DNA of 64,000 nt from Octopus sinensis (Eukaryota). Every line of letters begins with the position of its first letter. Positions within the stretch are counted from its first letter, which is position 1. Positions 10,737-23,892 of the stretch are shown in pieces. The stretch is taken from assembly GCF_006345805.1 (NCBI RefSeq), contig NC_043016.1, positions 27,218,001 to 27,282,000 on the forward strand. Reading direction: 5' to 3'. Below the pieces are notes generated by a model. That model had not been told where the DNA came from and did no database searches. It saw only the letters and a program-made list of their open reading frames with translations. The translations under genes were made by a program, and so were the position numbers.

Positions 10737-12290
10737 CTGTACAAAAAAAAAGTGAAAACAAAAATAACATGTAATTGTTCTTTTTATTTATTTGTCAAAA
10801 ATATTTTTGACTCACATTTTTTTGTTAGGTTTAATACATAAAATTATATTTTACTATATTTTTACATATTATATATCACAGAAATTTGAAGTATGTGAAA
10901 TAACACTTTTAGAATGTTATAATTTATTAGATGTTTTTGTAAGCAAATTTATGAGGAATAAAAAAAAAAAAAAATCATTTAAAATCACAAATTGCTTAAA
11001 AAAAAATTTAATTTTAAGGTAATAATTCTAGCACAGGATTAGTTGTGTAGTTAAGAAGCTTGCTTTGCAACCATGTGGTTTTCGGTTCAATACTACAGTG
11101 TGGCACTTAGACAAGTGTCTTCTACTATAGCCCCTGGCCAACCTATGCCATATGATTGTATTTAATAAATGGAAACTGACGAAGCACATTGCGTGCGTGC
11201 TTGTTTCATTGCTTTGTTCTCCACCATTGCTTGACAACCAATGATGCTTTTGTGTATGTCCTTGTAACAAAGCAGTTCAGCAAAAGTGACTGATAGAATA
11301 AATATCAGACTTTAAAAATAAGTGCTGGGAATGATTTATTTGATTATAACCCTTCAAGGTAGTGCCCTAGCATGGTTACAGTCCAAAAACTGAAACAAAT
11401 AAAAGATTAAAGATAGAAAGGAATGATCTCTAACTGTTCCACAATTCTAAAACTTGATTGGTTTTTTATTTAATTAAACAAAGCTGGATAAAAGGCAAAT
11501 TTGATATCATTAACATTTGAACACAGGGCGACAAGTAACTATATACTGCAGAGTAGTTTGTAAGGCCCTTTACTAATTTTGCAATATCCAGTCTTTAAAC
11601 AATAGTTATGAAATACAGGTTGTTTTTGATATATTTTACTGGTTTTAGTCATTAGACTGTGGACATAGTGCTTTTTAAGATACAGTTGGTAATAACTACC
11701 CACTCTCTAGCAATATTTAACTGGTACTTATTTTATTAACCTCAGAATGATGAGGGGCAAAGCTGATCTAGACAGGACCTAAACTCAGAATGTAACAAAA
11801 TACCACAAAGAATTTTGTCCAATGTTCAACCAATTCTGTCATCCATTCACTGATATAGGAAAATTGTGTCTAGTTATGGGGAAAAACTAGCTTACTAGGA
11901 AACAGGTGAGAGATGATGACAGGAAGAGCATCCAGCCATAGAAAATTCGCCTCAACAAAATCTACCTGACCGAAGTAAGTATGAAAAAGTGGACATTGAA
12001 AAGATAATGAAGATAGATTAAAAGCCAAAAGACTATAAACTCAGTCTGTTATAATTGGGTGTACAAAAGAGATTTGAAGGATACCAGTCATTGCCTGAAA
12101 AATAAAGAGTGCAGACCTGCATCTTGCAGGTGGATGCTTGTAGAGATGTACAAAGAGAATTTGTTGCAAGAAATTGACATCAGAGAACTTTCACTTTTTG
12201 ATTTAGAAAACATTAACTTCTGACAGAAATGTCACGGAGAAAGCTCAAGCTTCGCAGGTGCAGATATAAAAATATGTATAAGTAACTTAC

Positions 12291-12424
12291 TGTTTTGACA
12301 TCCAAGCATTGTGCTCAAAAGACAAATCAGAAACTCCAATTCGATTCTTGAAAAAGTCAATGTGTCTTCGGAACTGGGCAATGGCATCTAGAGGAGCATT
12401 ATGTTGAAATGATAGCCTGCAAAT
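12291..12424 (-). CDS. TRAPPC11: TRAPPC11 coding exon 8 ([26 protein letters not shown]...[10 protein letters not shown])
   Basis: Within ORF 12287-12610; cccttcag acceptor; CA|gtaagt donor; 134 nt, phase 0->2. Confidence 0.96.
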
Positions 12425-12659
12425 CTGAAGGGTAAAAATAGGGAAACAATAAATTACAAACAACACTCTAAAGTTTATTATCCAACAGTATGACTGGACA
12501 TTTACAACGAAAAAGATAGACAATTTAATACATGTAAAACAGAAAGGGTGTATATCCAAGATCTGAGAATCCATTGACAACTCCTTATTAACAAAATGGC
12601 GCTTGAACATGAGAACATATGAAGGAATAACTAAAATAAATATTATGTGCTAGTACACA

Positions 12660-13022
12660 TTGCACAAAAAAACATCATTCGAGCATGATTGTTACTTGTG
12701 TCGCCTTACTGGCACTTGTGCTGGTGGCACGTGAAAAAACATTTGAGCGAGGTCGTTGCCAGTGCTGCTGGACTGGCTCCTGTGCAGGTGGCACATAAAA
12801 AAAAAATTTGAGCATGGCCGTTGCCAGTACCGCCTGACTGGCCCTCGTGCTGGTGACACGTAAAAGCACCCACTACACTCTCAGAGTGGTTGGCATTAGG
12901 AAGCTGTAGAAACTCTGCCAGATCAGATTGGAGCCTGGTGCAGCCATCTGGTTCACCAAACCTCAGTCAAATCATTCAACCCATGCTAGCATGGAAAGCG
13001 GACGCTAAACGATGATGATGAT
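12660..13022 (+). mobile_element. Short 5'-truncated RTE 3'-UTR insertion (repeat units plus (GAT)n tail); similar copies at 3950-4290 (-), 39098-39203 (+, nested in a SINE) and 62065-62350 (-)
   Basis: Ends aacccatgctagcatggaaagcggacgctaaacgatgatgatg, essentially the same tail as the RTE copy ending at 48724. Confidence 0.85.
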
Positions 13023-13631
13023 TCAGTCTCATATAGCCTGTTTGTCAAAATTCTGGAAGTACGCAAATATGTTGACATCAAGATGAATCGCTTCCAAGAA
13101 AACAATGAAGAAATAAGAAACAGTTGCTATGACATACAACATGAAATACTGGGTTTACACGTGCTAATCTGGCAGGAATTATCTACTGGGATATTTCAAG
13201 ATAATTAAAAATACAGTCTTTACTTCATTCTATGGTGACATCATAGTGACCTTCTTCCAAAACAAAAATTAGTGGATTTGGTAGATGGAAACTGAAAGAA
13301 GCCTGTCATATATGTTTATGTGTGTGTATCCTTGCCTTGACATCATGTGTGGTTGTGAGTATCAGCATTGTACAAGCAATGTTGCTTGTTGTCAATCTTC
13401 TGAGGAAAAAATGTCAGGCAATAGGAAATACTGCTTTGCCTGGAAATAGGCAAGAGTTGCCGACAAGAAGGGCTCTGGACATAGAAATTCTGCCTCAAGA
13501 AATCCATCTCACCCATGTAAGCATGGAAAAGTGGACATGAAAAATGATGGTGAAAAGAGACTCAATAATGAAGATGATGATAATACTTTTATTAGTTATG
13601 TATTTTGATAATTAAAATAATAACAGCTTAC

Positions 13632-13728
13632 TTTGTAATTGACAAAGCCGGCAATGGTTTTGATTTCTAGTAAATTGGTTTCATGCATTCGTAGTTCTTG
13701 AATTTGTCCATAAGCTTGCTTATAATGT
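13632..13728 (-). CDS. TRAPPC11: TRAPPC11 coding exon 7 ([32 protein letters not shown])
   Basis: Within supplied ORF 13596-13796; tttattgtag acceptor; AAA|gtaagc donor; 97 nt, phase 2->0. Confidence 0.95.
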
Positions 13729-13779
13729 CTACAATAAATGAACATGTGTTTGAATTTAGATACGAGAGGGGAAAAATAG

Positions 13780-14190
13780 TTTATACATGACATCATCGCA
13801 CCAATACTAGTACCCAGCCAAGTTTTTTTGTCATATTGGGAAACAGATGACAGTTAGTTGGGGCCAAATCAGGAGAAGAGGGAACCAGTTCAAAGCCACA
13901 GTCATGTACAGCAGTCACTGAAAGTAAAGACTTATGTGCTGGAGTATTGTCCTGATGAAACAAGACCCTTTTGTCAGTTTTCCTGGGTGTTTGATATTGA
14001 CAGCCTTCTTTAAATGCCTTAGCAAGTTGGCATTGTACTCTCTATTGATGGTGTGGCTTTTTGAGGATAGTCAACAAACATAATGCCTTTTGCATCCCAA
14101 GAGACCGAGGCCATCACCTTCCCTGCAGATGAAACAACCTTGGCCTTCTTTAGAGCATGTGAGGAGGGGTGTTTGTCTTTGGCCCAGAGT
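13780..14190 (-). mobile_element. mariner transposase C-terminal fragment
   Basis: KKAKVVSSAGKVMASVSWDAKGIMFVDY, VLFHQDNTPAHKS, decayed PYSPDLAP. Confidence 0.85.
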
Positions 14191-14261
14191 AATGTGGTCA
14201 ATACTATTGAGCAGTGTCTTTGGCCCAGAGTAATGTGGTCAATACTATTGAGCAGTGTCTT
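14174..14261. repeat. 41-bp perfect tandem duplication at the mariner/SINE junction
   Basis: tgtctttggcccagagtaatgtggtcaatactattgagcag x2. Confidence 0.95.
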
Positions 14262-14662
14262 GGGTAAGTGTCTTCTATTATCACTTAATTCAACCAATAC
14301 CTTCTGTGAATTCAGTTGATAGAAACAGCAGGATACCTGCTGTACACACACACACACACCTGCATGTACACACATTTCCATGCATGTCACCATTTGCACA
14401 AAACTGACATTCTTTCTTGACATTACAAATTTGGTTGCTCTGTGATTTTGAAGACCTGTTGAATAATATTCCCTTACTTGGCAAACAGGAAAAGGTTGAC
14501 GACATCAGGCCATAAAATCCTGCCTCAAATAACTCCCAGTCAAATTCTTGTTAGCATACCATACACACAAAAAAACGTGTTAAATCAACAAATGAATGTG
14601 TATACATACATTTGTTTATATGTATGTATAAAAAATATAAAATTAAAAAACTGAATACTTAC

Positions 14663-14736
14663 TTCAAAGCAGTGTGTGAATCTTGTTTAAGTTCATTAAA
14701 AAATGCAATTTTGAACTGGTGTCGGACAAATAGTAA
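14663..14736 (-). CDS. TRAPPC11: TRAPPC11 coding exon 6 ([24 protein letters not shown])
   Basis: tttttcag acceptor; AA|gtaagt donor; 74 nt, phase 0->2. Confidence 0.95.
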
Positions 14737-15406
14737 CTGAAAAAATATATACATACACATATATTGGAGTTAAAAACAATACATTTAGTTAATTCAAAAT
14801 CAAATTACTTTAAATATCCAAGCAATTTAGGAAATGAAATAGACATAATACAACATATGTTTAGTACACATTTTTACTAAGTATTTAAAGCCTTTGATAC
14901 CAATCTGCCTGAGACTTCTTGTTTTACAGTGATTTAAATTAAAATTTTCCATCAAAATGCCACAATTAGTATTCTAATTAATTCTCAGCTTAATAATGAC
15001 AAAGTTATTTTACTAATTTTTCCATTATGTTCAAAATTAATTGAAACAAAAGTAGAGTATTTCAACAGAAGTACGGTAACTACAAGGTTCAAGGAAAACT
15101 AAATCAAAATTGACCTTCCAAACACCAGCCTAATAATGACAATTTTTTTTTAACTAAATTCTTCATTGTTTCCAAACTTAATTGAAACAAAAACAGTGGA
15201 TTTCAACAGAAATACCAAAATGATGAAATATTGGAATAATGAAAGGGTTAAATCATAAGTTTACTAAACATACAATTATAAATCTGCTTTGAAAATTCCT
15301 TATCTTAATATCAGAGAGACCCACGTACCATTTATTACAGGCTACATATTGTAATTAATTATTTAACCCAAGAATGCACAACAAATAATTAATATAATTA
15401 ACTTAC

Positions 15407-15506
15407 CTGATGTGTTATTTTGTTGAGAAAATCTTTATGCGCTTTAACTTTCCTGGCTTCATTGTGATAATAATTTTGTGATTGTTCATAAAATGCATTT
15501 TCTAGC
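15407..15506 (-). CDS. TRAPPC11: TRAPPC11 coding exon 5 ([33 protein letters not shown])
   Basis: cattccag acceptor; CAG|gtaagt donor; 100 nt, phase 2->0. Confidence 0.95.
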
Positions 15507-17760
15507 CTGGAATGAAAGAAATGTGACAATAATAAATCTAGCTTTTAATTGATATTCCAAAGAATTAGAAACGAAAAGAAAGAAGATAGTAATGACAATA
15601 ACAACAAGAGTCTTGGTGGTGGTGGTGATGATGATGATGATGATAGCAACAAGAGTGGTGGTGGTGGTGATGATGATATTGTTTAGCCACTAAGCTAGCT
15701 CAGATTGGGCAGATCTATGATCAGACATTTCAGAAATTACCACCTTACCATAGTCAGGTAATTATGCATCCAAGACTACATTATCCATTATAAAAACTTG
15801 ACTGCTATTTCTTTGAAGATGAGCAACCGTGAATCAACTTCTCATTGGCAAAATGTAATAACGACTTATCATCTTGGGTCCAATATTGCAAATTTGTGGA
15901 AGGGACTGGGAGATGCAGTCAAATGAATAAATCCCAGATGGTGATTGGTATCAACTTTACCTACCCTTGTGAGATGAAAAGCTGAAATCAACATGAGTAG
16001 GATCTGAACTCATAACAGTGGAAAGAAAGTAAATTATAAGTAGTGGTACATGCAATAATTTTTAAAAAGCAATCATCAGTTTTGGAGCTTAAGCTTAGCT
16101 ACAGGAATCCGTATTTTGCTCCAGGGTCAATTCATTATAAGTGCAGGTGTGGCCATGTGGTAAGGAGTTTGCTTCCCAACTGCATGGTCTCTGGTTCTGT
16201 CCCATTTCATAGTACTTTGGGTAGCGTCTTTTGTTATAGTCCTAGGCAGACCAAAGCCTAGTTACTGAATTTGGTAGACAGAAACTAAAAGAAATCCATC
16301 ATATGTATATATTACTGTCTCCTTGTTTTTAAATTGCATTCATACAAGTGGTGTCCTTCATTTCTAATCTTGTGTGAAAACATGTTCGTCATGGGAAAAT
16401 ATTACCTTGCTTGAGAAATGGTGAGGGTTAGCACAGGAAGGGTATCTGGCTATAGAAAATCTGCTTCAATAAAATTCTGTCCAACCCATGTGAGCATGGA
16501 AAAGAGGATGTTAAATTGATAATGATCATGATTATTATAACTGTTATTATTACAGAATTGGACATCATTTTTTTTTTGTTGTTGCAAATCTGGACAGACA
16601 TTTGAATACTGTATTGAAATAGCCTGCCTACTTATAACCATTTAACTATGGTAATAAACTAGAGACCTATGCACTCTTTCCTCTTTCTGAGCTTTTTACT
16701 GTTTCCTTTTCTGTCTTCTTGTATTATATCTTGTGTACCGGGCATATATTTTTGGTTATTATTACTGTCTTTCTTTACATGACTTAATGTGGCTTTCTAT
16801 CCCCTCTTTTTGTCATTTTCTCATGTGTTGTAGTGCACTTGAGCACTGTAAACAATAAGCACATTATTATTATTGTTATTGATAGCAAAGAATACAAAAG
16901 AAATCAGGGTGTGCTGTTGCCTATGAGCTATTGGATCTGTTTCATTAAATGTAGTTAGATACCCATTATTAATACATATGATATACAATGTATGGTAGAC
17001 TTCATCAATTGCTCAGTTTATCATCACCACCTGGTTCACATCTACCTTTTGTGGTAATGACACTTTAGCAAGCTTTTGAACCAAATCTCCAGTCCAGGAA
17101 TCAGTTCCTCCTTGATCAGTCTTGGATGCCCTGCATAAAAGATTATAGGCATTTCTTTTCTTCCTCTAAGCTTTGAAAAAGAAAAAAAAGAAAATCTTAT
17201 TGCCACAAAATCATTGCCATTTAACATCCATTTTTCCATGGCTGCATGAGTTAGATGGAATTTGCCGAGGTTGATTTTGTACAGCCAGATGCCCTTCCTA
17301 TTGCCAACTCTCACTTGTTTCCAAACAAGGTATTTCCTCATGCTCAAGTTTTCCTGTAAGATTAGAAATGAAGGACACTACTTGTATGATAGTAACAATC
17401 CAACTATCACACAGTATCAGGGCAAGGAACCTGGAATACACACACACATGGGACTTCCACACAATTTCCATCTATCAAATCCACTCACAAAGATTTGGTT
17501 GGCACAAGGCTTTAGTAGAAGACACCTGCACAAAGTGCCATGCAGTGAACCTGAAATCATGTGGTTGGAAAGCAGGCATCTCAATGCATAGCCATCCATG
17601 TGCCAAATGTACACAAATTTTAACCAAGAACAGACATGAATGGCAAAACATCCATGAAACTTATTATGCCAGTACAGAAAACTGAAAAGTAAGAAACAGG
17701 AGGAAAAAAAAGAGAAGAATGAAAAAGAAAATAATATATAAAACAATAAAGAGACATTAC

Positions 17761-17875
17761 CTAATGACATAACCAACTAAATGGTCAGTGTGGTGTAAGA
17801 CAAACAGTGACTTCATAGACAGTTCACAGGCAGTGCACAGAGCTGCAGCTCGTTCAGTGGCTATTACATCTTCTC
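17761..17875 (-). CDS. TRAPPC11: TRAPPC11 coding exon 4 ([37 protein letters not shown])
   Basis: tttctag acceptor; AG|gtaatg donor; 115 nt, phase 1->2. Confidence 0.95.
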
Positions 17876-18560
17876 CTAGAAACATATAAATAAGACAGCT
17901 TAGTTTAGTTGAGGTAAGGATGTGTAATAATAATAATGATTTCTAATATAAACACAGGGTGTCTACATTTAGTTGGATGGGTTGTCAACTCAATTGATTC
18001 AGTATTTGATTGGTACTTTGACACTTTATTTTAACCTCTTAACATACACATTTTTTTTCAATTTCAATGCAAAAAATATTTTTTTTTATTATTTATTTTG
18101 AATCTGTATATAAGGAAGTTATGATTTATTATGAAGTTGGTGATAGAAAATGATAGTTAATGATAGAAAATGGGAATAACATCATGAATGAAGTATTTCA
18201 GGTTAGAGATAAGTGATATATAACTCAGAGTACAGAGAAAGTATATTTTTGTTCAAATGTATATTTACTAGACATCTCTGGATGAAAATATACAGGATAA
18301 TATGTTAAGAGGTTAGCAACTGTAAAATGATGAAAGACAAAGTTGTTCTTAGCACAGTTTGAATGCAGAACATAAATTGTTCTGAATGGCTGTGTGGTTA
18401 GAAATTTCACTTTGTAATTATGTGGTCTCTGGTTCAATTCTACTGCATAGCAGCTTGTGCCTTCTGCTATAGCCTCAAAATTCCAAAGTTGACCAATGAC
18501 TTGAGATTACATTTGGCAAATTGCACGAAATACATTGCAATTTTTTTCTTGTATATATAA

Positions 18561-18681
18561 TTTTTACAAGGAAATAATTTAGTGACTTTGAAGTTTCAGT
18601 TTACCAACTGTCATCAGGCTGTCTGATAATGGCTGGTTAGTTGGAACTTCAAAGTCACTGTCTATCTTTGCTTTGTAAAAA
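18561..18681. mobile_element. Head-to-head inverted pair of hammerhead-like motifs (about 120-nt hairpin) in TRAPPC11 intron 3
   Basis: Minus arm: gacagc-CTGATGA-cAGTT(ggta)AACT-GAA-ACTT(ca)AAGT-C| (GUC triplet). Plus arm is a decayed copy (CTGATAA...GAACTTCAAAGTC-actgtc). Confidence 0.6.
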
Positions 18682-19053
18682 TGAATAAATAGGTACTTAA
18701 CTAAAAAGTAGGTGGACTGTGGTAATGTAGAATATAATGTTGTCTACAGAAATACAAAGAAGAGAATGAGAGATGAACCTCCATCAGGATGAGACATCAA
18801 TCTATCACATTTAACATTACCAGATGATCTTATAGACACCTAGGTGGACTGTGACAATGTATAATATAGTAATATGTAAGAAACATAACAGTGAAGATCA
18901 AGATAAGACATCAGTCTATCACAAGTACATACCCAAATGAATTGGTGGTATCTAGATGGATTATGGTAATGTAGAATACAATGTGGAAGAAATGCTTACA
19001 GCAGATGCAACATCATGTATAAATGAAAAGGGTAATCAACAACAATTTCTTAC

Positions 19054-19124
19054 CTGGAAGAAGAGGTGCATTTTTCTGAATAAGAACGACGTCAACTTTT
19101 GTGCCTCGGCCCAGCAGACTGTTT
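19054..19124 (-). CDS. TRAPPC11: TRAPPC11 coding exon 3 (NSLLGRGTKVDVVLIQKNAPLLP)
   Basis: ctctttcag acceptor; CAG|gtaaga donor; 71 nt, phase 2->1; similar to [23 protein letters not shown]. Confidence 0.93.
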
Positions 19125-19994
19125 CTGAAAGAGAGAAGAAAGAAAAAAAGATATATATTTTGTACAGGAATACAATTGTATTTTACCACCTGATTTTATA
19201 TTTCTTATATGTAGTAGCATCTATTGCCACCACTTTCCTTACAATTGAGATGCACCGTTGCTCATGCCTCTATCCATGTTTACCATTCACTGCATTCTTT
19301 ATCCTCATTCGTACCAGCTGTCACTCTCCTTTCACACTCTAGTGAACCTACCCACCTAGCCATCTTCAATTCTCTGCTTTTATATCCTCCCTCAACCCAC
19401 CTTCTTGTATCTTGAGTGTATGTCCAAATTCTCATCAATACAATCCTTTCTCCTTTTCTTGCTGGGGAAGCCACGTATTTCGCCTATGGAAAAACATTTG
19501 CTTCTTTCCCACTATCATACTTTAGCCTCTAAACACTTAGTCCAAAACCACCTCCCTCAATACTGCATCCCCACTCTGCAAAGGGGTCTTGCCTTGTAAG
19601 TTATTTGGTGACCCTACTCTTAAAGTACTGAGTACACTCTGTAAAGTGGTTGGTGTTAAGAAGAGCACCCAGCCATAGAAACCTTGCCAATGCAGATATT
19701 GGAGACCAATGCAGCCCTCAGGATAACTGGATCCTGTCAAGCTGCCCAACTTATGCCAGCATGGACTATGGACATTAAATGATGATGATGATTTTGCCTT
19801 GAGATAAACTGATTATATTATTTGTAAGATAAGGGTTCAAATTCTGCTGAGGTCAACTTTGCCTTTCACCCTTTCAGGGTTAATAAAATAAGCCCCAGTT
19901 GGACACTGGGGCTGAAGCAATTGATTACCTCCAACCCCAGATTTTAGGTCTTGTATCTATAGTAAAAAAGATTATTTGTAAGATGAGATTTTAC

Positions 19995-20167
19995 CTCACA
20001 ATTTCAACACGAGTTGCACATTCCATTTGTTTTTCTTTCCACATCGGTTCATCCCAATCCAAATCAAAAAAGATGACCACCACAGCAGGAACATGACTCA
20101 AATGTTTGTTCATCCAGGATCTCTTTAAGATCCCTTTAGGAATATACCATTCATATGATGTTCGTTG
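19995..20167 (-). CDS. TRAPPC11: TRAPPC11 coding exon 2 ([23 protein letters not shown]...[14 protein letters not shown])
   Basis: [14 protein letters not shown] motif; tttcag acceptor; AG|gtaaaa donor; 173 nt, phase 0->2. Confidence 0.96.
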
Positions 20168-20210
20168 CTGAAATAATGAATATACAAAAGGAAATTGATG
20201 ATTAGAATTC

Positions 20211-20620
20211 ATTTACATTATTTACACTTGATGGATATTTGTCCTCATCATGTTTGTCATCAACACAATGTTTCAGCTGATATACCTTCCAGCCTTCATC
20301 AGATTTCTAGGGAAAATTTTGAACCTGGGTTCTCATTCCTAAGGTATTTTTCGATATTATTATTATTATTCAGGTCTCTGCCTGGAATCGAACTTGTAAT
20401 CTTGGGGTTAGTAGCCCGCACTCTTAACCACTACACCATATGCCTGAATAATAACATTGAAAAATACCTTAGGAATGAAAATCCAGGTTCGAAATTTCCC
20501 CAAGACACCTGATGAAGGCTGGAGGGTATATCAGCCGAAACGTGTTAACAAACAAGATGAGGACAAATATCCATCAAATGTAAATAATATACATAATTCC
20601 TCATCTCTTAAATATAGAAC
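20211..20620. mobile_element. tRNA-headed, hammerhead-containing non-autonomous element with inverted arms (SINE-like / Penelope pLTR)
   Basis: Arms 20211-20373 (minus) and 20443-20620 (plus) are reverse complements, each with CTGATGA-A-GGCTG...CAGC(C/T)-GAA-AC(G/A)T. Between them is a minus-strand tRNA-like head with box A TGGTGTAGTGG and box B GTTCGATTCC (20372-20443). Confidence 0.75.
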
Positions 20621-21512
20621 TGTATTAGAATACATTTATTAACATTCATGCACACTGACAAGTATTTGAATTCATAAAGATTTACATAAAACATTAAATA
20701 ATTTGTCCAAAAATATTCACTCACATATTCATAAGTACATATAGACACATGTACATTCACAAACAGTTTTACATAAACACAGAAATCACATTTATTCATA
20801 TGCTCTAATGCAGTGTTTCTCAGAGGAGATTGAAAAGTGGGTTGACAAATGGCAATATCTAACATAATTAGTATGGCTTTTTTAAAACACTTCAAACACA
20901 TGCAACATTATGGTGAAGAAAGAAGATTTATAGGGATATAAATTTTATTTTGTAATAATGTGATGTAAGGGTGGGTGGCAAAAATAATGTTGCTAATATT
21001 TTTGGTGAGATGGCTTGGGATTTCTCAGTTTGGGAGTCACTGCTCTAATGTTTGTGAATATATACATTGAAAAAATACACACACACACCCATCTAAACAT
21101 TAATATATACACACGTAGACATATATAAACATTAGCAAACAGACATCTATATAATCACTAATATTGTTTCGTGAAAACTTACAGGGAAAAATTCTATTTA
21201 GTATTAAATCAAATTTCATAATATAAATATATAATATATATAAATTAGAGGGAAACCAGTATTATGTAATTCAAACAATGATAGACATAAACCATATCAT
21301 ATAGAAAAATAAAATATATTATAAAACATATATCTAAATCACAAAAAATACAAAAAAAATGAATAAATATTATATAATAATAAACTAGATATATGTTTTA
21401 TCATATATTTTATTTTTCTATATGATATGGTTTATGTCTATCATTGTTTGAATTACATAATAGTGGTTTTTTCTAATTTATATATATATTATATATATTA
21501 TAAGTGTGTGTG

Positions 21513-22190
21513 TGTGCAAGAGATACGACTGTGCTGGTATGGTCATGTTTTACGTATGGATGAGGACAGCTGTGTGAGGAAGTGCCACTCCCTAACTGTG
21601 GAAGGAACTTGTGGAAGAGGTAGACCCAGGAAGATATGGGATGAGATGGTGAGGCATGACCATCGAACGTTGGGCCTCACAGAGGCAATAACAGGAGACT
21701 GAGACCTTTGGAGATATTCTGTGATTAAGAAGACCTGGCAACTAAAATGAGATTGCAGCCATACATATCCGACTCATTTAAGAGTACCACTGATGCATCA
21801 GGCAATATAATATGCTTGAGAAGACCTGTTGAGTCAAGTAAAACCAATATCGTAGTTGTTGCCAGTACCTCCTGACTGGCTCCCATGCCGGTGGCATGTA
21901 AAAAGTACCATCTGAGTGTGGCTGATGCCAGTACCCACTGACTGGCCCCCATGCCAGTGGCATGTAAAAAGCACTATCCAAACATGATTGCTGCCAGGCC
22001 CACCTGACTGACTCCCATGCTGTGGCACATAAAAAGCACCCACTACGCTCTCGGAGTGACTGGCATTACGAAAGGTATCCAGCTATAGAAACATTGCCAG
22101 ACCAAATTGGAGCCTGGTGCATTCGCTGGCTCTCCAGATCTCAGTCAAACCATCCAACCCATGCCAGTATGGAAAACGTTTAACATCCAT
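21513..22190 (+). mobile_element. RTE LINE 3' fragment with repeat-containing 3' UTR
   Basis: RLCWYGHVLRMDEDSCVRKC...GRGRPRKIWDEMV, followed by the same GCCAGT/ACTGGC-GTGCC/GGCAC repeat units. Confidence 0.88.
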
Positions 22191-22426
22191 TTTCCATACT
22201 GGCATGAAAATGAGTGTTACTTTGTGCAAGGAGAGTCTATTTCCAATATCCTCAGAAAACATGTCTAGTCATGAGAAAATATTACTTTGCTTGAAAATAG
22301 GTGAACGTCAGTGTCTGGAAGGCCATTTGGCCATAGAAAACCCACCTCGACAAATTCTGTCTGACCCATGCAAGCATGTGGACATTAAAAACCATGATAA
22401 TGTTGAACTCAAACAAACAACCTTAC

Positions 22427-22627
22427 CTTTGATCGACATTTTGGATATTCATGATCTCCTTCAAAGACTTTAAATTTCAAGGAGACACGATCATGACGCC
22501 TGTTATTAACAAAGGCATCCCAAACAGCTTTGTGTATTGCATTATAAACTACATCAAGCCCAGTTAAAACCACCAGTCCAGTAGGTCGACACAGCAGTTC
22601 CTCAGGTAATTCAGCTGCCCAAGACAT
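22427..22627 (-). CDS. TRAPPC11: TRAPPC11 coding exon 1 ([39 protein letters not shown]...HEYPKCRSK)
   Basis: Matches the vertebrate TRAPPC11 N-terminus as I recall it ([30 protein letters not shown]). Acceptor tttcag 2 nt before the ATG; donor AAG|gtaagg; 67 codons, phase 0. Confidence 0.96.
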
Positions 22628-23040
22628 TTCTGAAATTAAAGTAAAAGAGGAAAAAAATGTTTTCAAATATTAAAGACATAGTTTGACAAGTAAATGAACA
22701 CTATAATAGGAAGTAGTGTTAACACATTGAGGAAGTACAACATTGTGATCTTTTTTTAGTGCTTGTGTTTTGGTGAGAGAGATTGGAATAAAGGGTCATT
22801 GTTATAAGATGTTATTGAAGTTTCTGTTCATTGAGAATGTGCAGATGCCCAGGCACTGTTGAACTTATATGTTAACATGATTGGACACGAGAAAGTTAGC
22901 TTCATCACTCTCCATGCACAAGCAGTTAACACATGACAGAAACATGATGACCAAAACTGTATCATAAAAACTAAGGGGTTTTTCTTCACAATCAGAAAAT
23001 ACTTCCATCTTAAACATTAGTTCACTCAATACAAATCGCA

Positions 23041-23275
23041 AGGCGGTGAGCTGGCAGAAATGTTAGCATGCCGGGCGAAATGCTTGGCAGTATTTTGTCT
23101 GCCACTATGTCCTGAGTTCAAATTCCACCGAGGTCGAGTCTGCCTTTCATCCTTTCAGGGTTGATTAAATAAGTACCAGTTACGCACTGGGGTCGATATA
23201 ATCGACTTAATCCGTTTGTCTGTCCTTATTTGTTCCCTCTGTGTTTAGTCTCTTGTGGGTAGTAAAGAAATAAAC
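23041..23275 (+). mobile_element. Second tRNA-headed SINE family with conserved gcctttcatcctttc.gggt.gataaa.taagtacc core (pieces also at 19820-19990, 43690-43890, 54890-55090)
   Basis: gcggtgagctggcagaa head, gagttcaaattcc box B, conserved central domain. Confidence 0.8.
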
Positions 23276-23892
23276 CTGAAATATACACTACACAAGTCTA
23301 TTGAACACATACAGAAGACATTACATCCATCATACACTCACACGGAAATCTATCTGATAATTAAGTTTTCAATATTTTTTGTTCCCTGTTCAGTTGGCAC
23401 ATTTTGTTTTCTTCTACTACTCTGTTCCATCTAAACATACGAGTCTCCTTTTCCACATATCCATAATGTCTGAAGATCTCATAAAAAAAAAAAACTTTTA
23501 CTATACTCAATAATTATATTTTTTATGTATATTTACAGGAGTCATTACTCACACATACAATGTTTAGTTTTATAGTTTGGATCTTTAATCATTTTGTGCT
23601 TAGAGTGAATGTGACGAATGCCAATCAAAAAATTACCATTAGCAACAGCACACTCAAGTTAATCCAGTTGTGGTTCACAAGAGTAGGTGAAACTAAATAG
23701 TGGCTTGACTTCTACGGCAAAAGCTATTAAGTTTCAATGATTCTCTCAGTTCAAATTTAAATACTGACAACAGAAATATCTTTTATCCTTTACTTATTTC
23801 AGCCATAGGGCTGTGGCCATACAGGGGCACTGCCATTCATAGTTACTGAAAATTTCTGCATTTTTAATAACCTTTATAATAAGCAAGATTAG

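Noticed and set aside
20372-20443. Possible tRNA gene
   Set aside because: Boxes A and B are present but acceptor, anticodon and T stems are poorly paired, and it is fused to a repeat body; treated as a SINE-type head.
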